Shown: positions 9,957-19,625 of the stretch, in pieces
Numbering within the stretch: the stretch's first letter is position 1
How the letters are laid out: every line of letters starts with the position of its first letter
Source: Candidatus Marinacidobacterales bacterium
GTDB taxonomy: Bacteria > Acidobacteriota > Vicinamibacteria > Marinacidobacterales > SMYC01
Direction of reading: 5' to 3'
DNA length: 64,000 bases
Assembly (NCBI GenBank): GCA_965237955.1
Contig: OZ250169.1
Span: 6,816,001 to 6,880,000 of the forward strand
Position numbers and translations under genes: made by a program
Notes under the pieces: generated by a model
What the model was told of the DNA's origin: nothing
What the model saw: only the letters and a program-made list of their open reading frames with translations
Database searches by the model: none

Positions 9957-11589
9957 CTAGTCTTCTGAGGGGGTGTCGATTAGGACCGTGTCGTTGAAAA
10001 CATCCGATTCTAAATGACTTAACTCCAAAGGAGACCAGCCCTAAATGCGAAAAACGATCAACCCACAGCCAAATCTACGTGAGCCCTGGCTGGAGCTGGA
10101 GCACGCACGCGAACTCGAAACGATCTCGTCGCTGCTCGATGCCCATCCTAAGCTCAATGAGCTGGTACTGCAAGACCTGAAGTCGGTCACCCCATCGGCA
10201 GGGAGCGATGTTGGTCGTGGGGGAATGAGCGCGGAGCAGGTTCTCCGGGCGTTGTTGGTCAAGCAGCTGAATCAGTTCAGCTATCGGGAGCTGGCGTTTC
10301 ACTTGGCAGACTCTCGAAGCTATCGGACGTTTTGCCAGCTCGGCATCATAGAGCCGACCCCGTCGAAGTCGACCCTAGCAGCAAACATCAAAGCCGTGAA
10401 GTTCGAAACGCTGGAGCAGATCAACCGAGAGCTGGTGAGCGTTGCCGAGGATGCTGGGATCGAAAAGGGAAGAAAAGTACGAGTGGACTGCACGGTAGTG
10501 GAATCAAACATTCATCCGCCTACAGACTCCGAGCTTCTTTATGACTGTGTTCGGGTTCTCACTCGCCTGATGTGCGGAGCTCGCGAACTGCTGGGTACAG
10601 TAGTGGTCTTCGGCAATCGAACGCGTCGAGCGAAGAGACGTCGACTGGGAGTTCTGAACGCGAAGGATAAGCAACAAAGGCGTCGCGTCTATCGAGATCT
10701 ACTGAAGGTGACGGAAGAAACCTATCGCTCCGCTCAACGCGTTGCAGAACAGTTGGAAGAGTCGGGCTTGACCGAGCCTGTGAAGCGAGCGAGTACGGAG
10801 AGGATCGCCGCGGATTTTGAGCACTTTCTCGTCCTCACCAAGAAAGTCATCAACCAAACCCAACGCCGAGTGATCGACGAAGAGCGTGTGCCTGCAGAGG
10901 AAAAGGTCGTTTCTGTCTTCGAAGAACACACCGACATTATTCGCAAAGACCGGCGCGAGACCCTCTACGGTCACAAGGTGTGTCTGACTGGTGGTTCGTC
11001 CTCGATGATTTTGGATTGCGTGATCTTGGATGGGAATCCGGCCGATTCAACTCTCGCGGAAACCATGATCGACCGTCTAGTCGAACTCTACGAGCGGGCC
11101 CCGCGCCAGGTCGCCTACGATGGCGCGTTTTCTTCAAAGGCAAACTTGGAAGCCATCAAAGGCAAGGGAGTTGAAGATGTTGCCTTTACCAAGGCTCAAG
11201 GTTTCGCCGTGACCGATATGGTCAAGAGTTCCTGGGTCTATCAACGCCTGCGGCGATTTCGCTGCGGGATCGAAGGCGTCATTTCGTTCTTGAAACGAGT
11301 CTTTGGTCTCGACCGATGCACATGGCGCTCATTGCCTTCTTTTAAATCGTACGTATGGGGTTCCATCATCACCTGCAATCTACTGGTGATGGCGAGACAT
11401 CTATTAAGATAATAACTATTACTCTTCCGCTCCCATAGCCTTGGATTCCTGACGATTCGCCTCTCGTTTCGTCCAAGATTTTCATTCGCTCTCAACCCTA
11501 CGAAGTTCCCTACCGAAACCGTATAATACCCACATCTTCGGTAGGCCTGTCGCACACCACAAGTTATGGTGTTTCTGGACAGGAACTAG
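9957..11589 (+). mobile_element. IS5-like/ISNCY insertion sequence (ends approximate)
   Basis: Transposase ORF with lower GC, bounded by CTAGTCTTCTG and CAGGAACTAG. Confidence 0.75.
10045..11412 (+). CDS. DDE transposase (ISNCY/IS5-like)
   Basis: SYRELAFHLADS..YR.FC, RVDCTVVESNIHPPTD, YGHK, AYDGAF and RCGIEGVISFLKR motifs. Confidence 0.9.
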   Translation: MRKTINPQPNLREPWLELEHARELETISSLLDAHPKLNELVLQDLKSVTPSAGSDVGRGGMSAEQVLRALLVKQLNQFSYRELAFHLADSRSYRTFCQLGIIEPTPSKSTLAANIKAVKFETLEQINRELVSVAEDAGIEKGRKVRVDCTVVESNIHPPTDSELLYDCVRVLTRLMCGARELLGTVVVFGNRTRRAKRRRLGVLNAKDKQQRRRVYRDLLKVTEETYRSAQRVAEQLEESGLTEPVKRASTERIAADFEHFLVLTKKVINQTQRRVIDEERVPAEEKVVSVFEEHTDIIRKDRRETLYGHKVCLTGGSSSMILDCVILDGNPADSTLAETMIDRLVELYERAPRQVAYDGAFSSKANLEAIKGKGVEDVAFTKAQGFAVTDMVKSSWVYQRLRRFRCGIEGVISFLKRVFGLDRCTWRSLPSFKSYVWGSIITCNLLVMARHLLR

Positions 11590-11710
11590 TTAGTGGCTGC
11601 GACTTTGACGCCGGAATCCGATCCGAGACAGCGCCGGCAAGAAACAGGGCCACCACGAAAGGAAACTGGCGCAACCCCTAAAATTGTGTTGATGTTTAGT
11701 GAGTGTAATC

Positions 11711-11739
11711 ATCGTACGGACAATTTTCAAAATTGTCAA
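11711..11739 (-). promoter_or_regulatory. Sigma70-type promoter with overlapping palindromic operator
   Basis: Minus strand TTGACA-N17-TACGAT; perfect inverted repeat GACAATTTT-C-AAAATTGTC at 11719-11737. Confidence 0.7.
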
Positions 11740-11910
11740 GAGTCTAGATATTGGAAAAACCGCGGCGGCGATGCGGACGAATGACCGCCGCGGCGGCCGC
11801 CATCAGCCGTCAGCCATCGGCCCGATTCCCGGCATGGTTTTACGAGACGACGTTGTCGCGGGGAGAGCGGTGTCGTTCGTTGGCGGCGATCTCGAAGAGT
11901 GGAGCGACGG

Positions 11911-12714
11911 TTATGCTTCGCGCGCCGCGGTTGCGCCAGCCTCGCTCTCAGACTCGTCCGGATCGGTTTCGACCTCGGCCAAAACTACGCGATCCTTCCC
12001 GCTCTGCTTTGCCTGATAGAGCGCCTGATCCGCCGCCGTGTACAGCCGGTCGGGCTGTAGCTCCCGGACGCACCTCGTGTCCGCAATGCCAATCGAAAGC
12101 GTCAGCGGCGGTAGCTGGGTCGAAACCCAACTGGCTTCCACGATCAACGTCTTGCGAATACGCTCGGCAAGCGTGAGCGCTTCGCTTTCGGTGATGTTGG
12201 GCGCGAGCACGATGAACTCGTCACCACCGATGCGCGCGGCGAGGTCGGTGCTGCGACAAGTGTGTCGCAACGTGCGGGCGACGGCGCGCAGAGCGTTGTC
12301 CCCCGATTCGTGCCCACCGGCGTCGTTCACGCGCTTCAGACCATCGAGGTCGAGCAGCATCAACGCCAGTGGCTGATTGTAGCGGTCGACGCGCGCGAGC
12401 TCTTCTCGGAGCCGCTGATCGAAGTGGCGGCGATTCGCGAGGCCCGTCAACGGGTCGGTCAGCGACGCCCGCTGTAGCAGATCCTCGTTGGAGCCGATGA
12501 TGATGCCGAGTCCGATGAACACGATCGCCGTGGACGCCGCGATGTAGCCATAGGTCAACGCACGCGCCGACAGCTCGCTCGCCATCCACTCCCAATTGCC
12601 GAACTCCGCGTGCGCGAGCGAGCGCATCAACAAGAGCCCGCCAGGCGCACCTATCGCAAGAAAGAACCCCAACACGGGATACAGCCGACGCCTAGGGATG
12701 CTCGCAAATGACAT
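11911..12714 (-). CDS. Membrane-anchored diguanylate cyclase
   Basis: Two N-terminal hydrophobic helices; TDPLTGLANRR, DLDGLKRVND, RSTD I-site and GGDEF. Confidence 0.92.
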   Translation of the reverse strand: MSFASIPRRRLYPVLGFFLAIGAPGGLLLMRSLAHAEFGNWEWMASELSARALTYGYIAASTAIVFIGLGIIIGSNEDLLQRASLTDPLTGLANRRHFDQRLREELARVDRYNQPLALMLLDLDGLKRVNDAGGHESGDNALRAVARTLRHTCRSTDLAARIGGDEFIVLAPNITESEALTLAERIRKTLIVEASWVSTQLPPLTLSIGIADTRCVRELQPDRLYTAADQALYQAKQSGKDRVVLAEVETDPDESESEAGATAAREA

Positions 12715-12814
12715 TCCCAACCAACGCGGCAAGTCTTATGCGGTTTTCGACGAAAAGCAAACGGCCCACCGTTGTAGTAGAATTTTGGGTTTCGACCCTA
12801 CAGGGTGTTTGTTG

Positions 12815-15193
12815 ATGATTATTCTGAAATTCGGGGGCACATCGCTCGAAAGCCCGCAGCGGATCGCGACCGTGGTCGATATCGTTCGCGGCAAGCACGA
12901 AGCCGGCGAAATCGCGGTCGTGGTGTCGGCGATGGCGGGCGTCACCGATGCGCTGGGCGAGGCTTGTCGGCTCGCGGCCCGCGGACTCTACGTCTACCGG
13001 GAGACGATGGAAGGCCTCGCCGAGCGACACCGAGAGGCCATCGCGAAGCTCGCCAAACAGAGCGAGCGCTCCGCCCTGGAAGAGCGGGTCGAACGGCGTC
13101 TCGAGGAGCTCTCCGACCTCCTCCACGGTGTGTCGCTCGTTCGCGAGTGCTCGCCCCGAATTCTCGACCAGGTCTCGAGCTACGGCGAGCGGCTTTCCGC
13201 TGACCTGATGGCCGCCGCCCTTCGCAAGGCCGGAACCGACACCGAGTACGCCGACGCCCGAAACTTCATCGTCACCGACAAGACTTTCGGCTCCGCGCGG
13301 GTCGACACCGAGGCTACCGAGCCCAAGATCCGGGACTACTTCGGAACACACAAATCTCTTCAGGTCGTTACTGGCTTTCTCGGCGCGACCGAGGACGGCG
13401 AGACGACCACGCTGGGGCGCGGAGGCTCCGACTACACGGCGGCGCTTCTTGGCTCCGCACTCGAGGCCGAGCGCATCGAGATCTGGACCGACGTCAACGG
13501 AGTGATGAGCGCCGATCCGAGGCTCGTCAAGTCCGCGTTTTCGCTCCCCGAGCTGAGCTACCAAGAGCTCATGGAGCTTTCCCATTTCGGCGCCAAAGTC
13601 GTCTACCCGCCGACGATCCATCCGGCGCGCGCCAGCCAAATCCCCATCATCATCAAGAACACGTTCGAGCCGAGCTTCGTTGGCACCCGCATCGCGGAAG
13701 AAGCAGCGCCGAGCGAGCGTCCGGTGCGCGGCATCTCCTCGATGAACAACATCGCCTTATTGCGCCTCGAGGGCGATGGCATGTTGGGCGTGCCGGGAAC
13801 GGCGCGCCGCTTGTTCGAAGCGCTCGCGCGCGGACAGATCAACATCATCCTTATTACCCAAGCTTCGAGCGAGCACTCGATCTGCTTCGCGGTCGCGCCC
13901 GAAGACGTCGGAGAAGCGCGACAACGTGTCTCGGAAGAGTTCACCCTCGAGCGCAGCGCCGGTCTCATCGACGAGCTCGTGGTCGAGCGCGAGCTTTCAA
14001 TCGTCGCCGCCGTCGGCGAAGAGATGTGCGAGCGACCCGGGATCGCCGGACGGCTCTTCAGCGTTCTCGGCTCGGCCAGGATCAACGTGCGTGCGATCGC
14101 CCAGGGCTCTTCCGAGCTCAACATCTCGCTCGTCGTTGCCCGCGCCGATGAAAAAGCCGCGCTCAACGCGATCCATAACGCCCTTCTCGGTGAATCGTTG
14201 CGCTCAGCACACGTCGTCGTAGCTGGTCTCGGGGGTGTGGGCAGCGAGCTGTTGTTGCAACTCGCGAGCCAGGCGGACGCGCTCCGGGCTTCGCATGGGC
14301 TCGAGTTGCGTCTCGCTGGCGTCGCCACGAGCCGCGCGATGAAGTTCGACCGGCTGGGCCTCGATCCGACGCGCGGTCGAAACCTCGTCGCCGACGGACG
14401 GACGGCCGACCTCGACGCGCTGGCAACGTTCATCGAGTCACTACCGAGTCCGCGCGTGTTCGTGGACGCGACCGCGAGCGAGAACGTCCCGAAAATCTAC
14501 CAGCGTCTTCTAGCGCATGACGTCGCCGTCGTCACCGCCAACAAGATTCCTCTGGCGGGACCGATGGCCGAGTTCCAGAAGCTGGTGCAAAACGGACGGC
14601 TCTATTACGAGACCACCGCCGGCGCAGGTCTCCCCGTCTTGCGCACGGTAAAAAACCTGGTCGCTACCGGCGACACGATCGAGAGCATCGAAGGCGTCTT
14701 CTCCGGAACGCTGAGCTACCTCTTCTACCAGCTGCGAGAAGGAGTGAGCTTCGAAGCCGCTCTCGAGGATGCTCGCGAGAAAGGCTACACCGAGCCCGAT
14801 CCGAGCGAAGATCTGAGCGGCGCTGACGTTGCGCGCAAGCTCCTCATCCTCGCGCGGACGGCGGGCCACTCCATCGAGCCCGACGACGTCGCCGTCGAGT
14901 CTCTGGTCGGGCTCACCGAGACCATCCAGAAGCGGCAGGAACAAGCGAGTGCCGACGGCCAGACGCTCTGCTACCTTGCTCGCTTCGACGGCAAGACCGC
15001 CCGGGTCGGGCTCGAAGCCGTGCCGGCGGGACACCCCGCGGCCACCGTCGAGGGCAACGACAATCTTTTCGCCATCACGACGTCGCGGTACCAGAGCTCG
15101 CCTCTCATCATGCGCGGCAGTGGCGCCGGCCCCGCCGTCACGGCCGCGGGCGTTTTTGTCGATATACTGCAAGCATGCGTGGAAACGCGATGA
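12815..15193 (+). CDS. thrA: Bifunctional aspartate kinase/homoserine dehydrogenase
   Basis: KFGGTS, TTLGRGGSDY, ACT domains (QASSEHS, AQGSSELNIS), GLGGVG, VVTANK, GYTEPDP. Confidence 0.95.
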   Translation: MIILKFGGTSLESPQRIATVVDIVRGKHEAGEIAVVVSAMAGVTDALGEACRLAARGLYVYRETMEGLAERHREAIAKLAKQSERSALEERVERRLEELSDLLHGVSLVRECSPRILDQVSSYGERLSADLMAAALRKAGTDTEYADARNFIVTDKTFGSARVDTEATEPKIRDYFGTHKSLQVVTGFLGATEDGETTTLGRGGSDYTAALLGSALEAERIEIWTDVNGVMSADPRLVKSAFSLPELSYQELMELSHFGAKVVYPPTIHPARASQIPIIIKNTFEPSFVGTRIAEEAAPSERPVRGISSMNNIALLRLEGDGMLGVPGTARRLFEALARGQINIILITQASSEHSICFAVAPEDVGEARQRVSEEFTLERSAGLIDELVVERELSIVAAVGEEMCERPGIAGRLFSVLGSARINVRAIAQGSSELNISLVVARADEKAALNAIHNALLGESLRSAHVVVAGLGGVGSELLLQLASQADALRASHGLELRLAGVATSRAMKFDRLGLDPTRGRNLVADGRTADLDALATFIESLPSPRVFVDATASENVPKIYQRLLAHDVAVVTANKIPLAGPMAEFQKLVQNGRLYYETTAGAGLPVLRTVKNLVATGDTIESIEGVFSGTLSYLFYQLREGVSFEAALEDAREKGYTEPDPSEDLSGADVARKLLILARTAGHSIEPDDVAVESLVGLTETIQKRQEQASADGQTLCYLARFDGKTARVGLEAVPAGHPAATVEGNDNLFAITTSRYQSSPLIMRGSGAGPAVTAAGVFVDILQACVETR

Positions 15194-16218
15194 CAAAGAC
15201 ACCCGTAGCCGTCCTCGGTGCCACCGGAACGGTCGGACAACGTTTTCTGACGCTTCTCGAAGACCACCCGTGGTTCGAGCTCACGGCTCTGACCGCGTCC
15301 GAACGCTCACAAGGAAAGCTCTACCGAGACGCGGCGCGCTGGGTTCAGGCAACTCCCCTGCCCGAGCGGTTCGCCACCATGGAGATCCTACCGACGGCGC
15401 CGCCTCTCGATTGCCCGCTCGTTTTCTCCGCTCTCGACGCGAGTGTCGCCGGCGAGGCCGAGACCGCATTCGCCCAAGCCGGACATCTCGTCGTCTCGAA
15501 CGCGAAATCGCACCGTTTGGACCCGGACGTCCCACTCGTGATTCCGGAAGTCAACGCCGCACACCTCGATCTCGCGCGGAGCTCGCCCCATGCTCCCGGC
15601 GCCATCGTCGTAAACCCCAACTGCTCCACCATCGGCCTCGTCCTTGCGCTCAAACCGCTCGCGGACCAGTTCGGTATCAAGAAGGTGTCGGTGGTGACGA
15701 TGCAAGCCATCTCGGGAGCGGGGCTTCCTGGTGTCGCCAGCTACGAGATCGCGGACAACGTCGTGCCCTACATCCCGGGTGAAGAAGACAAGATGCAGGC
15801 CGAGACGCGAAAAATTCTAGGAGACGACGACTTGATCCTGAGTGCTCAATGCAACCGGGTGCCGGTAGTGGACGGCCACTTGCAGTGTGTTTCGGTCGAG
15901 CTCGACCGGAAAGCCGACGAGACGGCGGTTCGGGACGCTTGGGAGCGCTTCGAAGCCGAGCCGCAGAAACTGGAATTGCCGAGCGCGCCGAAACGGCCCA
16001 TACATTATTTAGAGGGAAGCGCCGCACCACAGCCACGCTTGCATCGTGATCTCGAAAAAGGCATGGCGGCCAGCGTCGGACGACTGCGACCTTGCCCGCT
16101 GTTCGACTACAAGTTCGTCACGTTGTCGCACAACACGCTGAGGGGCGCCGCGGGCGGTGCGCTTCTTCTCGCCGAGCTCGCCGTGGCTCGAGGCCTTCTC
16201 GAGACCGCTCATACATGA
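15190..16218 (+). CDS. asd: Aspartate-semialdehyde dehydrogenase
   Basis: LGATGTVGQ, NPNCST, QAISGAG and SHNTLRGAAG; ATGA overlap with thrA. Confidence 0.95.
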   Translation: MTKTPVAVLGATGTVGQRFLTLLEDHPWFELTALTASERSQGKLYRDAARWVQATPLPERFATMEILPTAPPLDCPLVFSALDASVAGEAETAFAQAGHLVVSNAKSHRLDPDVPLVIPEVNAAHLDLARSSPHAPGAIVVNPNCSTIGLVLALKPLADQFGIKKVSVVTMQAISGAGLPGVASYEIADNVVPYIPGEEDKMQAETRKILGDDDLILSAQCNRVPVVDGHLQCVSVELDRKADETAVRDAWERFEAEPQKLELPSAPKRPIHYLEGSAAPQPRLHRDLEKGMAASVGRLRPCPLFDYKFVTLSHNTLRGAAGGALLLAELAVARGLLETAHT

Positions 16219-17156
16219 GCGCGAAGGCATTCGCTCCGGCCACCGTGGCCAATGTCGCGTGCGGCTTCGACGTGTTGGGGCTAGCCCTCGAAAAACCCGG
16301 CGACACCGTCACCGCCGAGCGCGCCGACGAGCCCGGAGTTTCTCTTACGTCCATTGATGGTGAGGACAGGCGGCTGTCTCTCGATCCCGAGACGAACACG
16401 GCAACGGTAGCCGCCAGCCATCTTCTCGACCAGAAGGACGTCGACCCGTCCGTCGGCGTTCGCATCGCGCTCACGAAGGGACTGCCGCTGGCGAGCGGCA
16501 TGGGGAGTAGCGCCGCTTCCGCCGTCGCCGCGGTCGTCGCCGTCGACCATCTGCTGGAGCTCGGAGCGAGCCGCGCCGAGCTTGTCGAGAGCGCGCTCGA
16601 GGGCGAGCGCGTGGCCGCCGGGGCAGGTCATGCGGACAACGCAGCAGCGTGTCTCTACGGAGGCTTCGTTCTCGTACGATCGCCCAACGAACTGGACGAA
16701 CTGGATGTTATTCAGTTGCCGGTGCCCGAAGGTCTTTCGGTCGCTGTCGTGCGGCCGCACCGCGAAGTCTCCACGAAAGATTCACGTGTTCTCTTGGGCG
16801 ACGTCGTAAAGCTGAAGAGTGCTGTCGCGCAGTGGGCAAATCTAGGCGCTCTCGTTGCCGGCCTCTACACCGAAGATTGGGAGCTCATCGCGCGGGCCCT
16901 TGTCGACCACGTGGCCGAGCCGGTGCGATCGAAGAACATCCCCGCGTTTGATGACGTCAAGCGCACCGCTCTCGACGAAGGAGCTCTTGGATGTAGCCTC
17001 TCCGGTTCGGGGCCTTCCATGTTCGCGCTTTGCCGCGACCTCGACACGGCGCATCGGGTCGCGCGCCGGATGCGGTCGACGTTCCAGGACCGGGCGAGCC
17101 TCGAAGCGGATGAGCACGTGTCGCCGGTAAGTGGGCAAGGAGCCCACATCATCTGA
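16215..17156 (+). CDS. thrB: Homoserine kinase
   Basis: APATVANVACGFD, PLASGMGSSAAS, HADN and SGSGPS; ATGA overlap. Confidence 0.95.
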   Translation: MSAKAFAPATVANVACGFDVLGLALEKPGDTVTAERADEPGVSLTSIDGEDRRLSLDPETNTATVAASHLLDQKDVDPSVGVRIALTKGLPLASGMGSSAASAVAAVVAVDHLLELGASRAELVESALEGERVAAGAGHADNAAACLYGGFVLVRSPNELDELDVIQLPVPEGLSVAVVRPHREVSTKDSRVLLGDVVKLKSAVAQWANLGALVAGLYTEDWELIARALVDHVAEPVRSKNIPAFDDVKRTALDEGALGCSLSGSGPSMFALCRDLDTAHRVARRMRSTFQDRASLEADEHVSPVSGQGAHII

Positions 17157-18415
17157 TGCGCTTCGTGAGCACTGCCGGGAAGGCGCCTCCGGCATCGCTC
17201 CAAGAAGCCCTTTTTGCCGGTCCGGCTCCCGACGGCGGGCTCTATGTTCCCGAAGCGCTTCCCGCGATCACGCCGCCCGAGGGCGGTAGCCTCAGCGACA
17301 CCGCTTTCGCCATCGCCCGAAGCTTGCTCGCAGGCGATATCGCCGACGAAGTGCTCGAGCCCATCGTACGCGAGAGCCTCGACTTCGACATTCCTCTCGT
17401 TGCGCTCGACGACGGCATCCATAGCCTCGAGCTCTTCCACGGACCCACGCACGCGTTCAAAGACGTCGGCGCGCGTTTCATGGCGCGCCTCATACTGCAG
17501 TTTCTCGACTCAGAGGCCACGGTCCTGGTGGCGACGTCCGGCGATACCGGAAGCGCGGTGGCGCATGCTTTTTTGGGGCTCGACGGCATCCGCGTCGTGG
17601 TGCTCTTTCCGCGCGGCAAGGTTAGTACGCTTCAGCAACGATTGTTCTCGACGCTCGGGGAGAACGTGTCCTCGATCTCGATCGAGGGCACCTTCGATGA
17701 TTGTCAGAGACTCGTGAAGCAGGCATTCGCCGATCGTGATTTGCAACGACTCGTCTCGGCCAACTCGATCAACGTCGGACGCCTGCTGCCACAAACATTT
17801 TACTATTTCCACCTGTTCGCGCAACTCGATGCGTCAGCGGGCGAGAGTCTCGACGTGTGCACGCCGAGCGGAAATTTCGGAAATCTTACGGCCGGACTCA
17901 TGGCGAAACGGATGGGGCTTCCCATCTCGCAGTTCATCGCCGCCACTAACGTCAACGACATCGTGCCCGAATACCTGAAGACGGGCGCGTTCGAGCCCCG
18001 GCCGTCCACCGAGACGCTCTCGAACGCGATGGACGTCGGCAACCCGAGCAACTTCGCGCGTATGCTCTGGCTCTATGACGGCAACGTCGACGCGATGCGA
18101 CGCGATGTCGTCGGGCGCCCCTACACCGACGAGCAAACCCGCGAAACCATCCGATCCGTCCACGCGCGCCTCGGCTATGTTCTCGATCCTCACTCGGCGA
18201 TTGGTTACATGGGTGCACGGGAGTCCAAAGCGGCGACACGCGTGTTTCTCGCCACCGCGCATCCGGCCAAATTTCGAGAAACCGTCGAGCCGGTGATAAA
18301 GAATACGGTGCCGCTACCGCCCACGATTCGAGACAGCGCCACCCGCCCCGAGTACGTGAGCGAAATGGCGGCGGACTACGAAGCTTTGAAAACATTTCTC
18401 AAGTCGGCCAAGTAG
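17156..18415 (+). CDS. thrC: Threonine synthase
   Basis: DGGLY, LFHGPTHAFKD, ATSGDTG, SANSINVGR, PSGNFGN and TAHPAKF. Confidence 0.95.
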   Translation: MRFVSTAGKAPPASLQEALFAGPAPDGGLYVPEALPAITPPEGGSLSDTAFAIARSLLAGDIADEVLEPIVRESLDFDIPLVALDDGIHSLELFHGPTHAFKDVGARFMARLILQFLDSEATVLVATSGDTGSAVAHAFLGLDGIRVVVLFPRGKVSTLQQRLFSTLGENVSSISIEGTFDDCQRLVKQAFADRDLQRLVSANSINVGRLLPQTFYYFHLFAQLDASAGESLDVCTPSGNFGNLTAGLMAKRMGLPISQFIAATNVNDIVPEYLKTGAFEPRPSTETLSNAMDVGNPSNFARMLWLYDGNVDAMRRDVVGRPYTDEQTRETIRSVHARLGYVLDPHSAIGYMGARESKAATRVFLATAHPAKFRETVEPVIKNTVPLPPTIRDSATRPEYVSEMAADYEALKTFLKSAK

Positions 18416-18424
18416 AGTTGATCA

Positions 18425-18619
18425 GGAGTCAACGTTGCGGTTTTCTCGCCTCGAGCGTTCGCGCGGCGCGAGCCTGAGCACTTGGAGACCTGGCTTTGCG
18501 TAGCCACGAAAGAGCGGGTCGAGTTCTCGCGAAAGGACTACCTCCGGGAGAGGGAGTCGATGCTATTCGAGCGGTCCGCGTTCGAAGTCAAGGGCCGGCT
18601 GCCCGTACCGCCGGTTTGA
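18425..18619 (+). pseudogene. Displaced 3' part of the RES-domain toxin gene
   Basis: GVNVAVFSPRAFARREPEHLETWLCV...FEVKGRLPVPPV* has no start and is the expected continuation of RYPSARD at about 21055. Confidence 0.75.
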
Positions 18620-18642
18620 ATTTCTAGCAAAGCACGACGCCG

Positions 18643-18720
18643 TTAATGCTTCTCCTGGATACGGTACAGCTTGCTCGCGGTGCGGATGAAAAGACTATCG
18701 TGGGCGACAGCAGCGTTTGC
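18643..18720 (-). pseudogene. 3' remnant of a PQQ-like beta-propeller gene
   Basis: AAVAHDSLFIRTASKLYRIQEKH* resembles the typical C-terminus of these proteins. Confidence 0.55.
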
Positions 18721-18888
18721 CTGCGTGTGCTCGTCGAGGCTGTTTCAACGCCAAAACACGAAGGATTCTACGGCCGTTGCAACGGGTTTCGCAACGACTC
18801 GAGCGTTCGGGCGGGAAGTTGTGCATGTATGTCACAATACAGTCTATAATGAGGATATGACTAGCTATATTTATGTGGAGGCGGATGC

Positions 18889-19119
18889 TTGAAGACCGTA
18901 CAGATGACCCTCGATGATGACCTCGTCAGTCAGGTCGACAAAATCGTGGAGCGCCTCGGGACGACCCGATCCGCGTTTACCCGGGAAGCTTTGCGGCGTG
19001 CGCTCGAGGAAATCCGAATAGAAGCACTGGAGGAGCAGCATCGACGGGGCTACGAACAGCACCCAGTCAGTCCAGGCGAGTTCGACGATTGGGAGACGGA
19101 ACAGGTATGGCCCGAATGA
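18889..19119 (+). CDS. Ribbon-helix-helix antitoxin
   Basis: VQMTLDDDL...TTRSAFTREALR; GGAGG RBS; TATAAT at 18845; overlaps the toxin start. Confidence 0.85.
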   Translation: MKTVQMTLDDDLVSQVDKIVERLGTTRSAFTREALRRALEEIRIEALEEQHRRGYEQHPVSPGEFDDWETEQVWPE

Positions 19120-19427
19120 GACGCGGCGAGGTGCGCTGGTACAAGTTCCAGCGACCAGACAAAAATCGCCCGGTCGTCATCCTGACACGCTCATCTGCCC
19201 TCGAATTTCTAAGGGAGGTTACCGTGGCGCCCATCACCTCGAGGGTCCGAGACATCCCATCCGAGGTAGTGCTCTTGTCGGAGGATGGCATGGATCGCGA
19301 CTGCGCAATTAATCTGGATCACGTTCAGACGGTCTCGAGAGGGAAGATCGGCGCGTTGATCACGACTCTTTCGAACGGGCGCATGCAACAGGTGCGAGAC
19401 GCCATTCACTTCTCGCTGGATCTGTGA
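19116..19427 (+). CDS. MazF/PemK-family mRNA interferase
   Basis: MRRGEV.W, DKNRPVVILTR, VTVAPITS and INLDHVQTV motifs. Confidence 0.9.
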   Translation: MRRGEVRWYKFQRPDKNRPVVILTRSSALEFLREVTVAPITSRVRDIPSEVVLLSEDGMDRDCAINLDHVQTVSRGKIGALITTLSNGRMQQVRDAIHFSLDL

Positions 19428-19456
19428 GGCGCAACTGTCGAACCGGCTCTCTGACG

Positions 19457-19567
19457 TTAGTCCGGCAACCCGAGGAGTCCACGCACGGATATGTCCTCGT
19501 CGAGCTTCGGCCAGTGAATGCCGTATCCCTTGCCGATGAATCGCCACGTACGGCAGTCCTCATCGGT
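19457..19567 (-). pseudogene. 3' remnant of a DUF2442-like gene
   Basis: ATDEDCRTWRFIGKGYGIHWPKLDEDISVRGLL*; 5' part missing, abutting a REP-like element. Confidence 0.7.
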
Positions 19568-19611
19568 GGCGAGCTTCGCTCGCCGACCTCTCCCCCTACG
19601 GGGGAGAGGTT
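19568..19611. repeat. REP-like double hairpin
   Basis: GGCGAGC-TTC-GCTCGCC followed by CCTCTCCCCC-TAC-GGGGGAGAGG. Confidence 0.7.
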
Positions 19612-19625
19612 CATTCTGGGAGGTC

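Noticed and set aside
11630-11685. Possible c-di-GMP-I riboswitch near the diguanylate cyclase (GGC...GAAA...GCGCAA)
   Set aside because: The stem around GAAA does not pair, the consensus GCAAAC/GACGCAAAG is not met, and it is on the wrong strand for the nearby promoter.
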